The notes: generated from the sequence alone by a model not told the origin. A stretch of DNA of 64,000 nt from Acidimicrobiia bacterium (GCA_965215185.1 OZ244034.1:2848001-2912000); one strand, 5' to 3'; counted from the stretch's first letter, positions 38,527-48,401 are shown. Made by a program: numbers and translations.

Positions 38527-41500
38527 TTAGTTGGGTTGGGGGATGAAGGAGGTGTTGCCGGGTCCCCAGATGTGAGGTCGGATGGCTACTCCGTTGATGA
38601 ACACCGCAGCCTCGGCGCGGGTGGCGTCCCGGTCGGGACAGAATAGATCGGGTCCGCAACCGGGCACGACCTGGAAATCGGTTAACCACGCGGCGCTGAC
38701 CGCGTAAAAGGCATCGATTTCGATGTCAGTATGAGAAGGTACCGTTCCGATGTAATCGGCTTCGGTGTGCCGGTATAGCAGGGTGGCCATCTGTCCGCGG
38801 GTGACGGACTGGGTGGGGCAGAAGCGCCAGTCGGGGTCGCCGAATTCGCCTGGGGTGCATCCTCGGGTTACTCCGTTGGCGACCGCCCAGCCGATCGGTT
38901 CTTCGGCGTACACCCCTTGGCGTACGTCGGTGAAGGCTTCGGATCCCAGGTACGGCGGGGCTGGTTGTCCGGCTGCTCGCCATAGGAAGGTGACGAATTG
39001 TTGCCGGGTGAGGTTGGCGTCGGGGCAGAACATGGTGGTAGTGCATCCTCGGGTTACTTCGTGGAGGATCATCCACGACACCGCCGATTCGTACCAGACT
39101 CCAGCCGGAACATCGGTGAACAGTTCAGAAGCTCCCGGCGGAAGTTCATCACCACCACCCTCATCAAAACCTCCACCTCCACCACCCCCTCCACCTCCCC
39201 CTCCACCGCCTCCACCACCTCCACCACCTCCACCACCTCCACCACCTCCACCACCTCGGATGGTTACGGTAACGGTCCCCACGATTTGCCCGTTATGTTC
39301 GGCTTCGATAACGATCGTCTCGGTGGATTCCGTCTGACTGTCGGTCAGGGCTGTGATCGTTGCGGCCCCTGAGGTTTCCCCGCCGGAAATAGTGATTGCG
39401 GGAGGGGTGATTGTGTAGTCGACTCCCTCTATTGCGGAACCCCCGATTACCCGGAGGGTCACAGTTTGGTCTCCGGGAAAGGTACGGGCGTTCCCGGTTG
39501 TTGCGGTTAGGGTGGCCCTTGAACCTTCGCTGATCTGTGAAGGCGCCACGGATAGAGTGATCTCGGGCACCGGGTCGTTGGTGACTGCATCTGCACTCTT
39601 GTTGGGTCCCTCCCTATCGTCATAGGTGGCAACGGCCCGTAGATAGTGGTCTTGGTCGTCGGTTGTCGGTGTGTAGGTGTGGGATGTGGCGCCGTCAATC
39701 AGGGTCCCGTTGGCAAACCGGCTGAGTGAACGTCGCCAGGACCAGGTGAGATCGGACACTCCGCCGTCGGGATCTTCCAGTTCAGCCTTGAGGGGGCGTC
39801 CTACCTGTGGTGGGTCCGAGGGCAGGGTGACGGTTCCGTCCTCGTCCAGGTTCTCGATGTTGACAGTGACCGTGATGGTGTCTGACAACCCGGATAGATC
39901 AGTGGCGGTGACTCTTACCGTGTATCGGCTCCGTTGCTCGAAGTCCGGTTCCGTCTTGGTTCGGAGTTGACCGGTTGAGTCATTGATATCCAGCAGCGTG
40001 GCGTGAGAGCCGCTGAGGGTGTAGGTCAGCCGGTCGTTGTTGTCCGGGTCGTCTGATTCCACTGGCAGGCCGATATCCATGCCCGGTGGGGTGTTCTCTT
40101 CGATGCTGCGGACGCCTGTTTCCGAGAGTGGGAAGTCCGGTGCTCGGTTACTGACCGGTTTGGCCTGTACTCGGTTGTCCGAGACGATCTCGAGAGGCTT
40201 GACGGTGCCGTGGTCGGTGTAGGACACCGAGACTCGGAGATATTTGCCGACATCTGCGGCTACCGGTCGGTAGGAGTTTGATGCAGCGCCGTCGACAAGC
40301 AACCAGGGGCCGTTGCGGTTGGTGGAACTGTGCCACTCCCAGGTAGCTGCAGTGACGCCGTCGGGATCGATCAACGTGGCAGTCAACCGGCTGTCCTCTT
40401 GGGGCTGGTCCGTTGACAGGGTGAAGGACTCCTCCTCGTTTTCGTTGGTAACGTTCACGGTGACATCGATGCCTTTGGTAATTGCTCCGTCGGAGGCTTC
40501 GACCGTTACCAGATAGGTGTTGTCCCGGTTGGCGTCGGCCGGGTTCTCATAGTCGGGCGGGGCGGAGAAGTGCAGCCCTCCATTTTCGTCTATGGTGAAG
40601 TCACCGCTATCGGGGCCGGCCGGCTTCCAGGTGAAGCTGTCGTGGTTCTCCGGATCCATTACGCTATACCCAGCTACTTCTACGGTGCCGTTCTCCGTGT
40701 AATCGATATCGGTTTGACCGATGACCTCATGGGCTTCGTTCTGGTTGGTCACCGTGACTGTGATATCCAAGCTGCCGTCATCGTTTCCATCGGAGGCGAC
40801 AACTGTGATCTCATAGGTGTTATCCCCGTCGTCATCGCGCCGTACTTCGAAGTCGGGTGGAGATCGGAAGCTCGGGGAAAACACGTTGTTTGTCAAGACA
40901 AAATCAAAAAGAGCGTCGTCGGGTCCAGTTATGTCCCAGTTTTGGATCGGTTCACGTTCTGGGTCTGTCGCGCTATAGGTACCGATCGGCCGATCGCCGT
41001 TCTCGGTATAGAAGACGGTGGTCTGTCCGGTCACAATCGGCTTCTCGTCAACATCAAGTACCTTGATGGCAACGTCGATGGTGTCATCGATGCGAGTGTC
41101 GGTTACATCGTGTATGTTCTTCTGGTCGCTGACCCTCACCCCTACCGAATAGTTGTCCCGCGTATCTGCGTCCAGTGACGTTCCGACGTCCACCGAGATC
41201 TGTCCGGTGGCGGTATCCAAATCAAAGAATCGGGAGTCGGTGCCCGTGAGGGAGTAGGTCAGGGTATCACCATCAGTGTCTATCGCCTCGACGGGTAAGC
41301 CGACAAGGGCTTCAGCGGGAGAATTCTCTTCGATCTCCCTGTCTGCGTCGTCACCTTCTTCGAAGTAGGGATCGACGTTGAGGACCGGCGTGCCCTCCTT
41401 GGTTGCCGACCACGGCCCGTCACCCTCGCTGTTTTTCGCCCGTAGCTGAACATCGTACTTCTTATTCGTCTCCAGACTTGTGATTGTGTACTCCCGGGCC

Positions 41501-44500
41501 GTCCCGCCGCCAGCGTTCTCGGTGGTCCAGTTGCTGTCGGACTTGTCCGAAGCATGGCTTGTGATGTAGCGGACTTCGTACCCGCTGATCGAAGCCGTGC
41601 CAGTGTTTGACGGGACGTCCCATTTGACCTTGAGAGAGGTGTCGCTGGAGACAATCGATTTGATGGTTGCCTCACCGGGGGCGTTCCGGTGGCCGTAGAC
41701 GGTGAGACTCCAATTCCGCAATCGGCTTGTTGAACCCCCGGAGTAGCGATCGGTGATGTGGAGTTTCCAATCGCCCGCGGGGTCTTCTCCCAAGTGCCTG
41801 GCTGAGCCAAAACGGTAGCTGCCGTTGAGTGCGCAACTGACCTCAAAGATGTCGAGATAGCGAGCGCAGTTCCCCGGGGAGTAGGGCACGGACAAAGTGG
41901 AGAAATCACCTGACGGAGATTCCAGTCTCACCTCCAGGTTCCTGAAGTCAGGAGCGGAGAAATTGGTGTTGATTTCCACGAATTCGACGAACTGCACTTC
42001 AGAACCCATGGTGATGGTGCTCGTCACGGTTGTGTCATTGTCGGGTATGGTCAGCGACCCCCCTGTGGAATTTGCCGTTTCCTGGGCGAACTCGGGGAGA
42101 TTGGTCCAACTGGAGGGGTTTGCCAAGTCCACTGCCGCCTTGGCGTCTACTACTCCGAAGCCATATTCGTGGTTGAAGCTGTAATTTCCAGTCGAGCCGT
42201 ATTTGGATGCCCCCTCTTCCCAGCCGCCGTTGGCCGAGTCGTTCTTGCGGGCCGAAGCGGCCAAAATGAGCTTCACGTCCCGCCAGGTCAGATCGGTGTT
42301 GGCGGCGCGAATCAGAGCAACTACCCCCGCCACCGCGGGAGCCGCCGAAGAGGTGCCGCCGAACGAGTTGATGTAAGCGTTGTAATTGGTGGTGGTGGTG
42401 ATACCGGGGCGGTCGCCGTAATCGTTCGAAGGACCGCACACCCACAGGTTGGCGCCTTGCTCCGAGTAGGCGGACCGCTCGCCAAGGTTGTTCACCGCGC
42501 ACACCGCGGTCACTCCGTAGTAATTAACAATCTCTTCGAGGTTCGAATTGTCACCTTTTCGACCTCCGTTGCCGGCCGCCCACACATAGAACACGCCTTT
42601 GCCTCCCAGACCTTGCGTGATTCCTAACTTCACCGCTTCTTCCCAGCCTTCGTGGATACGATCTACTCCAGGCCCGTCCAGAGAACCCCAACTGTTGGTG
42701 TTGACATGGGTGGTCTCCATTTCACGGATCGCGGCATCTGTGATGTTTACATTGGTGCCTTTTCGAAGGATGTTGTACGCATATATCTTGGCCCGCGGCG
42801 CTACTCCTCTACCCCCCAGGCTGTTGTCCCGCGCTGCAATGACACCCGCTACGTTGGTGCCGTGGGAGTTGTCATAGTAGAACACTTCATCGCCACCCCG
42901 GTAGTCATGGTTGAGGCTGGTGTTTACGTTGGGCTTTAAGTCGTCATGCTCGTAATCCAAACCGTTGTCAACCACCGCCACATTGATTCCTGCGCCCATG
43001 TTTCCGCCGGTCCATACATCTAAAACGTTGATGTCTTCCCCCGCTGTGCCGTTCAACTGGCCGGTGTTATCGAGGTGCCACTGGCATCCGTACAGGGGAT
43101 CGTCGAAGGAGGCGCTTATTGCCGAGCATTCGGTCACAGTGTTCTGATGACTTGTGTCCTCGATCATTTGGATGGTGTAGGGACCCGTTCCCACATCGTC
43201 GGCAATGTCGACCTTCATGTAATAGGTGCCGGCCCCCAAGCGGGTCCGTAGGCTAAAACCCTTTCCGCCCTCTGAGAAAAGGTCTTCGTAGATGTCCGCA
43301 GCTACCTCGGTGCCTCCGCTATCAAGCAGAGCCCCATCGATATCAACCGATCTACTCAGGGCTCGGAAGAAGATGTAGGTGCTCTCGGTGGTAACTATTT
43401 TGAAATAGTCCGAATCGGTTGAGGGATCCATTCTGCCCCCTCTTATGAACGATCGAGGGCTTGGATCGCCGAACTCCAAGGGGACCGCGTCCGAAAGTGT
43501 GTTTCCTGGTTCTGTGACCGTTTCAACGTGGATCGTGTATAGACCGGTAACTGCTCTGCCAGATCGTCGGGAGTGTGGGAACGACTCGACTTTGATGTAG
43601 TACACGCCGGCTGCCAGTTTGGCGCGGATGAGGAATTGCTTACTGGATAGGAGATCTCCATCATCGTTGTCCTTGATCTTCCTACTACGGCTGTCCAGTA
43701 GTTCTCCCACCGTGTCGTAGATCTGACCTGTGCTGCGTATGACGAGGTCGGTTTCTTCTTCCAGCTCTATCTTGAAGTAATCAACGTCGCCTCGCGGTGT
43801 CAATATGCCGTTCTCGAAGCTGCCAGGTGCTATTTCCTGGGCATTTCCTGTGCCGGTGGTTTCCGGGATCGTCTTGGTGCGCAAAACAAAGGGTCCGGTG
43901 GTGCTGTTTTCGTAACTGGTGACTTGGATGTAATATATTCCAGCTCCCAGATTCGCCGTGAGCAGGAAGTTCAATGGCCCATGGGAAAGACGACCGTCGT
44001 CATTGGAGCCCAGACTGTTGCCGTCTTTATCAAAGATCTCCCCACGGGTGTCGAGGTCACCGTAGGTGAAGATTAGAAACTGGGTCCTTTCCCTGAGGAC
44101 AAATTTGAAAAAGTCCTTGTCTGTTGCCGGATCGATCTTGCCCCCCATCCGGATGTCGAGTGGCAGGTCGGTGGCTGTCTGGAGGGTGTCGCCGTGCTCC
44201 TTCGGTGTGCCCGTTGCGGTGGCCGACCAAAGGCCGTCGGTTGTGGCCACTGCCCGTATCTGGACGTCATATACCGTGCCGTTAGTCAGACCGGCCAGCA
44301 CGTACTCTCTCCTACCGGATGTCCAGATATCTTCTTCTTCGGTCCAGTTGGTGGCAGAGGATTCCTTATAGCGAAGATCGTATGCGGTGATGTTTGCTTC
44401 TTCGAGGTCCGTGGGAACCTCCCAGGTGACGGTGAGAGCCTCGTCACCGGGGGTGATAGATGGTTCGTTGGGTTCGGGTTTCCCGGTGGAGGTAGCCGAC

Positions 44501-44853
44501 CAAGCCCCGTCTTCAGTGGTGTAAGCACGGATCTGGATGTCGTATTCCGTGTCGTTGGCCAAGCCGGTGAGCACATACCTCAAAGCGCCGGCGCCGGGGG
44601 TCCAAATGGTCCCTTGCGGCATCGGCATCCATTTGTCATCGGATTTATCCGTGGCGTCACTCTCTATGTAGCGAAGGTGGTAGGCGGTGATGCCGGTCAC
44701 CCCGGTGGGTGCGGTCCATTCGATGATGAGCGCCTGGTGGAAGGGGGTGATCGAATCGATAGTCGGTGGGCCGGGGCTCTGCGCCCAAACTTCGCCGGGG
44801 GCCACCAGTAGACACATCAGCGCGCAAATCAATCCATAACGCATTGATTTCAA
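38527..44853 (-). CDS. Giant surface S8 kexin/furin-like serine protease-adhesin (FN3x2, PPCx3, S8, P-domain, FN3, cadherin/Ig repeats, Calx-beta-like, poly-Gly, SLHx3)
   Basis: Triad VAVVDNG / SHGTNVAG / GGTSSAAP, oxyanion AAGN, LTWRDV, YGFG, P-domain GDWKL; SLH FTDV and TRAE motifs; probable TTG start at 44853 after GGGAGG, alternative ATG at 44844. Confidence 0.9.
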   Translation of the reverse strand: MKSMRYGLICALMCLLVAPGEVWAQSPGPPTIDSITPFHQALIIEWTAPTGVTGITAYHLRYIESDATDKSDDKWMPMPQGTIWTPGAGALRYVLTGLANDTEYDIQIRAYTTEDGAWSATSTGKPEPNEPSITPGDEALTVTWEVPTDLEEANITAYDLRYKESSATNWTEEEDIWTSGRREYVLAGLTNGTVYDVQIRAVATTDGLWSATATGTPKEHGDTLQTATDLPLDIRMGGKIDPATDKDFFKFVLRERTQFLIFTYGDLDTRGEIFDKDGNSLGSNDDGRLSHGPLNFLLTANLGAGIYYIQVTSYENSTTGPFVLRTKTIPETTGTGNAQEIAPGSFENGILTPRGDVDYFKIELEEETDLVIRSTGQIYDTVGELLDSRSRKIKDNDDGDLLSSKQFLIRAKLAAGVYYIKVESFPHSRRSGRAVTGLYTIHVETVTEPGNTLSDAVPLEFGDPSPRSFIRGGRMDPSTDSDYFKIVTTESTYIFFRALSRSVDIDGALLDSGGTEVAADIYEDLFSEGGKGFSLRTRLGAGTYYMKVDIADDVGTGPYTIQMIEDTSHQNTVTECSAISASFDDPLYGCQWHLDNTGQLNGTAGEDINVLDVWTGGNMGAGINVAVVDNGLDYEHDDLKPNVNTSLNHDYRGGDEVFYYDNSHGTNVAGVIAARDNSLGGRGVAPRAKIYAYNILRKGTNVNITDAAIREMETTHVNTNSWGSLDGPGVDRIHEGWEEAVKLGITQGLGGKGVFYVWAAGNGGRKGDNSNLEEIVNYYGVTAVCAVNNLGERSAYSEQGANLWVCGPSNDYGDRPGITTTTNYNAYINSFGGTSSAAPAVAGVVALIRAANTDLTWRDVKLILAASARKNDSANGGWEEGASKYGSTGNYSFNHEYGFGVVDAKAAVDLANPSSWTNLPEFAQETANSTGGSLTIPDNDTTVTSTITMGSEVQFVEFVEINTNFSAPDFRNLEVRLESPSGDFSTLSVPYSPGNCARYLDIFEVSCALNGSYRFGSARHLGEDPAGDWKLHITDRYSGGSTSRLRNWSLTVYGHRNAPGEATIKSIVSSDTSLKVKWDVPSNTGTASISGYEVRYITSHASDKSDSNWTTENAGGGTAREYTITSLETNKKYDVQLRAKNSEGDGPWSATKEGTPVLNVDPYFEEGDDADREIEENSPAEALVGLPVEAIDTDGDTLTYSLTGTDSRFFDLDTATGQISVDVGTSLDADTRDNYSVGVRVSDQKNIHDVTDTRIDDTIDVAIKVLDVDEKPIVTGQTTVFYTENGDRPIGTYSATDPEREPIQNWDITGPDDALFDFVLTNNVFSPSFRSPPDFEVRRDDDGDNTYEITVVASDGNDDGSLDITVTVTNQNEAHEVIGQTDIDYTENGTVEVAGYSVMDPENHDSFTWKPAGPDSGDFTIDENGGLHFSAPPDYENPADANRDNTYLVTVEASDGAITKGIDVTVNVTNENEEESFTLSTDQPQEDSRLTATLIDPDGVTAATWEWHSSTNRNGPWLLVDGAASNSYRPVAADVGKYLRVSVSYTDHGTVKPLEIVSDNRVQAKPVSNRAPDFPLSETGVRSIEENTPPGMDIGLPVESDDPDNNDRLTYTLSGSHATLLDINDSTGQLRTKTEPDFEQRSRYTVRVTATDLSGLSDTITVTVNIENLDEDGTVTLPSDPPQVGRPLKAELEDPDGGVSDLTWSWRRSLSRFANGTLIDGATSHTYTPTTDDQDHYLRAVATYDDREGPNKSADAVTNDPVPEITLSVAPSQISEGSRATLTATTGNARTFPGDQTVTLRVIGGSAIEGVDYTITPPAITISGGETSGAATITALTDSQTESTETIVIEAEHNGQIVGTVTVTIRGGGGGGGGGGGGGGGGGGGGGGGGGGGGGFDEGGGDELPPGASELFTDVPAGVWYESAVSWMILHEVTRGCTTTMFCPDANLTRQQFVTFLWRAAGQPAPPYLGSEAFTDVRQGVYAEEPIGWAVANGVTRGCTPGEFGDPDWRFCPTQSVTRGQMATLLYRHTEADYIGTVPSHTDIEIDAFYAVSAAWLTDFQVVPGCGPDLFCPDRDATRAEAAVFINGVAIRPHIWGPGNTSFIPQPN
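39169..39255 (-). repeat. Poly-glycine (29 Gly) GGN trinucleotide tract in front of the SLH domains
   Basis: (ACC/TCC)n run on the + strand, in frame with the protease. Confidence 0.9.
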
Positions 44854-44891
44854 CGAGTGCCTCCCCAGGTGGACCCCTTCAAGACGCGGCC

Positions 44892-45842
44892 CTACTTGGT
44901 GGCTCTTTCCGTCCACCAGTTAGGACTTGAAAACACCACGCCATCCTGACCTGCAAGCGCGTTCGCCAGTTCCAAAGACGGGAAACCCGGTTCGGTCTCG
45001 ATGAAGAAGCCGTTCGGAAGCCATTCCAGTTCCGACACCTGGTCCAAGGTGATCTGGTTGGTGGCGAAAAAGGCGTCGGTGTCGGTTTGGCTCCACTCTG
45101 GATCAAGAGCCAGCAACACGCCTCCGGGCAGTGTCATCAACGCCCCGGAATCCGAGCGAAATACCGGCAGTCCATCGCTCTGGGTACTCCCGCTGGAACC
45201 CTGCTGTCCCCGAACTACGCTTCCCGCCCCGGTGTCGGCTATGACTTCGTCGCTGGGGAGGGTGGCGCCGTCCTCTCGCACTGTCAGATCCGGTTGTAGC
45301 GTCGCCTCCAACGTTCGGTCACCGTCCTGCCAGGAGTAGGTGGGGCCTTTGGAGGAACCGGGACTGTCTACAGGTTGGTCGCTGATGTGCGCCGGTTCTT
45401 CTTGTCCTTCTCCCGGGCTCTCGGCCTTCTCCGCGGAACTGCCATCGGAATCGACCGACAAAACAGTGTCGCTTGAGATCGTCTCGGATACTCCAGGGTT
45501 TTCCTCACCGGTGTACGTCTCGGCTCTGGATGTGGCAGTGGGGGCAGTAGTCGGTGGGGATTCGCCGGAAGCCACGGAGTGACTTGTAGAGGTTGTGCCC
45601 TTTTCTGGCAGCGGCGCATCGGGTGGGAGAAGCTCAATCGCATCACTCGAGGTCGTGGATGCGGGCTCAGCGACCAAGGCGGTTGGTCCCTGTTCGGTGG
45701 CCGAAACCGTGTCCTCGGTGGTGGCCGGGGATGTAAGGGACTGGACTGAAGAGGCGGGCATGTCGTCGCGCTCTAGCACCCAGAGGCCAATTGCCACCAA
45801 GGCAATGGCCACGATGACCAATAGGACCATTAGCCTTTTCAT
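44892..45842 (-). CDS. Secreted/membrane-anchored protein with Ser/Thr-rich stalk and C-terminal propeptide/external-chaperone-like domain
   Basis: MKRLMVLLVIVAIALVAIGLW anchor; low-complexity stalk; PVFRSDSGALMTLPGGVLL...FFIET...SLELANALAGQDGVVFSSPNWW..K resembles S8 prodomain ends (..GV.yAePN). Confidence 0.7.
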   Translation of the reverse strand: MKRLMVLLVIVAIALVAIGLWVLERDDMPASSVQSLTSPATTEDTVSATEQGPTALVAEPASTTSSDAIELLPPDAPLPEKGTTSTSHSVASGESPPTTAPTATSRAETYTGEENPGVSETISSDTVLSVDSDGSSAEKAESPGEGQEEPAHISDQPVDSPGSSKGPTYSWQDGDRTLEATLQPDLTVREDGATLPSDEVIADTGAGSVVRGQQGSSGSTQSDGLPVFRSDSGALMTLPGGVLLALDPEWSQTDTDAFFATNQITLDQVSELEWLPNGFFIETEPGFPSLELANALAGQDGVVFSSPNWWTERATK

Positions 45843-46121
45843 GTCACTTCCTGGCGGAGCGGGAACTCCAAATGGGCGATGCGAGGTAAAAGATGATATT
45901 AGGTTGGAGTATCGCAAAATCTGCGGAAGCCATGGTGAGGGCATCTCATAGGTGAGGCCGTGGTCGGAAGGCCTGTGACAGGGAGTCAAACAGGGTTAGG
46001 TCACAGGAACCCATGAGGCATGGAGCCTTGGCTGTGGAAGGAAACGTCGAACGAGACCTCCCTGGCTGCTTATTCTGGTGACTGGGTATGAAGGAAGTGC
46101 AGAGGCAGAGAGAGGCCTTGC

Positions 46122-47225
46122 CTAGGTTCCGACCAGCCTTTCGATCAGGGTGACCGACCGCAGCGAAGCGGTGCCGTCACCGTAGGGGGTGGGGGTTTGC
46201 GTCAGTTGGCGGTGGGTGAAGTCCAGGGTTTCTGTTATCTGCGTGATGGCTTCTTCCACGCCTTGACCTGGTTGGCGCAATACGGCGAAGGTGCCGATCA
46301 CCTCAGGGCGTTCGGTGGAGTTGCGGACTACCACCAAAGGGCGTTTGAGTACCGATACCTCTTCTTGCACGCCTCCCGAGTCGGAAACGACCAGGGCGCA
46401 TTCGGCCATAAGTGACAGGAAATCGGGGTAGGGGAGGGGATCCACCACCCGCAGTTTGTCCAGCAGCGGGCCCAGCCCGAAAGAGGCGGCTCTCTGGCGG
46501 CTGCGGGGATGGAGGGGCAGCACCACGGGCAATGAAAGGCTGGCCAGGTCGGAGAGGATGGTCTCCCAGGTCTGGGGATGATCGACGTTCTCGGGTCGAT
46601 GGAAGGTAGACAGGATGAAGCCGTTGGGTTTCAGACCGTAATGGGTCAGCACCTCGGCACGCTGGCCGGCGGGCGGGAGCAGCGAGTTAAGGGCTTCCAC
46701 CACCGGGTTGCCCGTGATAGCCACCCGGTCGCCACCGATTCCCTCCTTCGCCAGGTTCATAAAGGACGTTTCGGTGGGTGCCAGGCACAGGTCGGACAGA
46801 TGGTCGCAGACCACCCGGTTGTGCTCTTCAGGCATGGCCCGGTCGTAACTTCGAAGTCCCGCTTCGACATGCACCAGTGGAGTTTCGGCGGCGTTGGCGG
46901 CCAGGGAGCCGGCCAGCACCGCGTTGGTGTCGCCCTGAACCACCACCGCCCTGGGAGGGTCATCGGTGAACAACCGGGTCAGGCGGGAGGTCGCTTCTCC
47001 GATCTGGATACCCCGCGGCTCTCCTCCTACTTCCAGATAGTCGGAAGGAAAAGACAGGTCGAAGGCCCGAAAGAAATCGGCAGAGAGATTGGCGTCGTAG
47101 TGTTGGCCGGTGTGGATCACCCGGGCCGCGGGTCCCAAGAGTCGGATGATGTGCGCCAGTTTGATTATTTCGGGGCGGGTGCCCAGCACCACCGCTACCG
47201 AACCGGGAGGAAGATCAACGCTCAC
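46122..47225 (-). CDS. wecB: UDP-N-acetylglucosamine 2-epimerase (non-hydrolysing)
   Basis: GTRPEIIK, HTGQH, VQGDT, HVEAGLRS, PEE.NR, SDSGGVQEE, TERPE and YGDG motifs; GTGA overlap start. Confidence 0.93.
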   Translation of the reverse strand: MSVDLPPGSVAVVLGTRPEIIKLAHIIRLLGPAARVIHTGQHYDANLSADFFRAFDLSFPSDYLEVGGEPRGIQIGEATSRLTRLFTDDPPRAVVVQGDTNAVLAGSLAANAAETPLVHVEAGLRSYDRAMPEEHNRVVCDHLSDLCLAPTETSFMNLAKEGIGGDRVAITGNPVVEALNSLLPPAGQRAEVLTHYGLKPNGFILSTFHRPENVDHPQTWETILSDLASLSLPVVLPLHPRSRQRAASFGLGPLLDKLRVVDPLPYPDFLSLMAECALVVSDSGGVQEEVSVLKRPLVVVRNSTERPEVIGTFAVLRQPGQGVEEAITQITETLDFTHRQLTQTPTPYGDGTASLRSVTLIERLVGT

Positions 47226-47839
47226 AATGGGTTGTGGGACGGCCATTCCCGATCGAGCAGCGAAAACACCATATGATCCATCCACTCTCCCCGCACCAGG
47301 ATCTCCTCCCGGGCGATCCCCTCATAGGAGAATCCCAGCTTCTCGGCGACCCTGCGACTGGAGTGGTTGCCCACTCCGATTCTCATCAGTATCCGATGGA
47401 GCCCCATTTCCTCAAAGCCGAGAGGCAGAAGCGCTTCGGCCGCCTCGGTGGCCACGCCCATATTGGCCAGGTCGGTTCGTACCCAATAGCCGATCTCCCC
47501 GGTGCGCTGTATCCGGGAGGTGTACCAGATCCCCGCTCCTCCCGCCACCCGACCGGGCTCCTCTTTCAGGCTGAGCGCGAAGTCGAAGGCCCGGCCCCGT
47601 CGCCAGGAACGGTGGGAGCTCTTGATGAAAATCCGGGCCTGGGGGAGTCCATAGAAGCCCTGCGCCCAGGGCAACCATCTACTCAGCTCGGGAAGCGACT
47701 CACCGACCGCTTCCGACAAAGGGCGGGCGTCACCGCTACGGAACCGGCGCAGCCAGAGCCGGTCGGTTGGTACTGCCGGGGGCATGGTATGGAAGAAGGT
47801 ATTCACAGGGTTTTTCGGTTGTCTTGCGCTTTGTGCCAT
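47222..47839 (-). CDS. GNAT N-acetyltransferase, RimJ/RimL family
   Basis: WLPWA, GEIGYW, GVATEA, GLHRI, N..SRRVAEKLGF..EG motifs; start uncertain. Confidence 0.9.
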   Translation of the reverse strand: MAQSARQPKNPVNTFFHTMPPAVPTDRLWLRRFRSGDARPLSEAVGESLPELSRWLPWAQGFYGLPQARIFIKSSHRSWRRGRAFDFALSLKEEPGRVAGGAGIWYTSRIQRTGEIGYWVRTDLANMGVATEAAEALLPLGFEEMGLHRILMRIGVGNHSSRRVAEKLGFSYEGIAREEILVRGEWMDHMVFSLLDREWPSHNPL

Positions 47840-47849
47840 GATGGAGGGA

Positions 47850-48401
47850 ATGTGGGACCGCCTTCAATACTCCTCCGAGGAGCCTATTCCTCCCAATGAG
47901 GGCATGGCGGCGGTCTTGGCCCCCATTTTCACAGATCAGGATGGAATTCTACGACTTGTGATCACCAAGCGGGCGCACACACTCAACAACCACGCCGGGC
48001 AACTCTCCTTTCCGGGCGGAAAGCCCAGTTCCGAGGACGCCGGTCCGGTGGAGACTGCTCTTCGCGAGACGTATGAGGAGGTGGGTATCCATCCCTCGCA
48101 GGTGGAGGTGCTCGGATTTCTACCGGTGATCCGCACTGTGCGGTTTGCCCTGCCCATGCTGGGGGTGGTCGCCCGCATCAAGGATGAACCGGTGTGTCGT
48201 CCCTCTCCCGATGAGGTGGAGAAGGTTCTCACACCCTCCCTGGAGAGCCTGGCCGAACCCGCAAACTGGCTTGATCGAAGCTGGGCCGGCGTTCCGCTTT
48301 GGTTCACCGAGGTATCAGGGGAATGGCTGTGGGGGGCCACCGCCCATCTGGTCCGCGTAATGCTGGGATTGCCCGTGACCTCGCGGCCCGCCGTTCGGTG
48401 A
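47850..48401 (+). CDS. Nudix hydrolase, CoA pyrophosphatase type
   Basis: AAVL, TKRA..L..HAGQLSFPGG, Nudix box ETALRETYEEVG, LWGATA. Confidence 0.9.
   Translation: MWDRLQYSSEEPIPPNEGMAAVLAPIFTDQDGILRLVITKRAHTLNNHAGQLSFPGGKPSSEDAGPVETALRETYEEVGIHPSQVEVLGFLPVIRTVRFALPMLGVVARIKDEPVCRPSPDEVEKVLTPSLESLAEPANWLDRSWAGVPLWFTEVSGEWLWGATAHLVRVMLGLPVTSRPAVR

Noticed and set aside
38765-39372. Poly-Pro and Ser/Thr-repeat ORFs on the + strand
   Set aside because: Antisense or alternative frames of the poly-Gly tract in the protease.
43786-43794. RGD integrin-binding motif in the protease
   Set aside because: It falls in the PPC-repeat gDvDyf motif; likely chance in a 2,100-aa protein.
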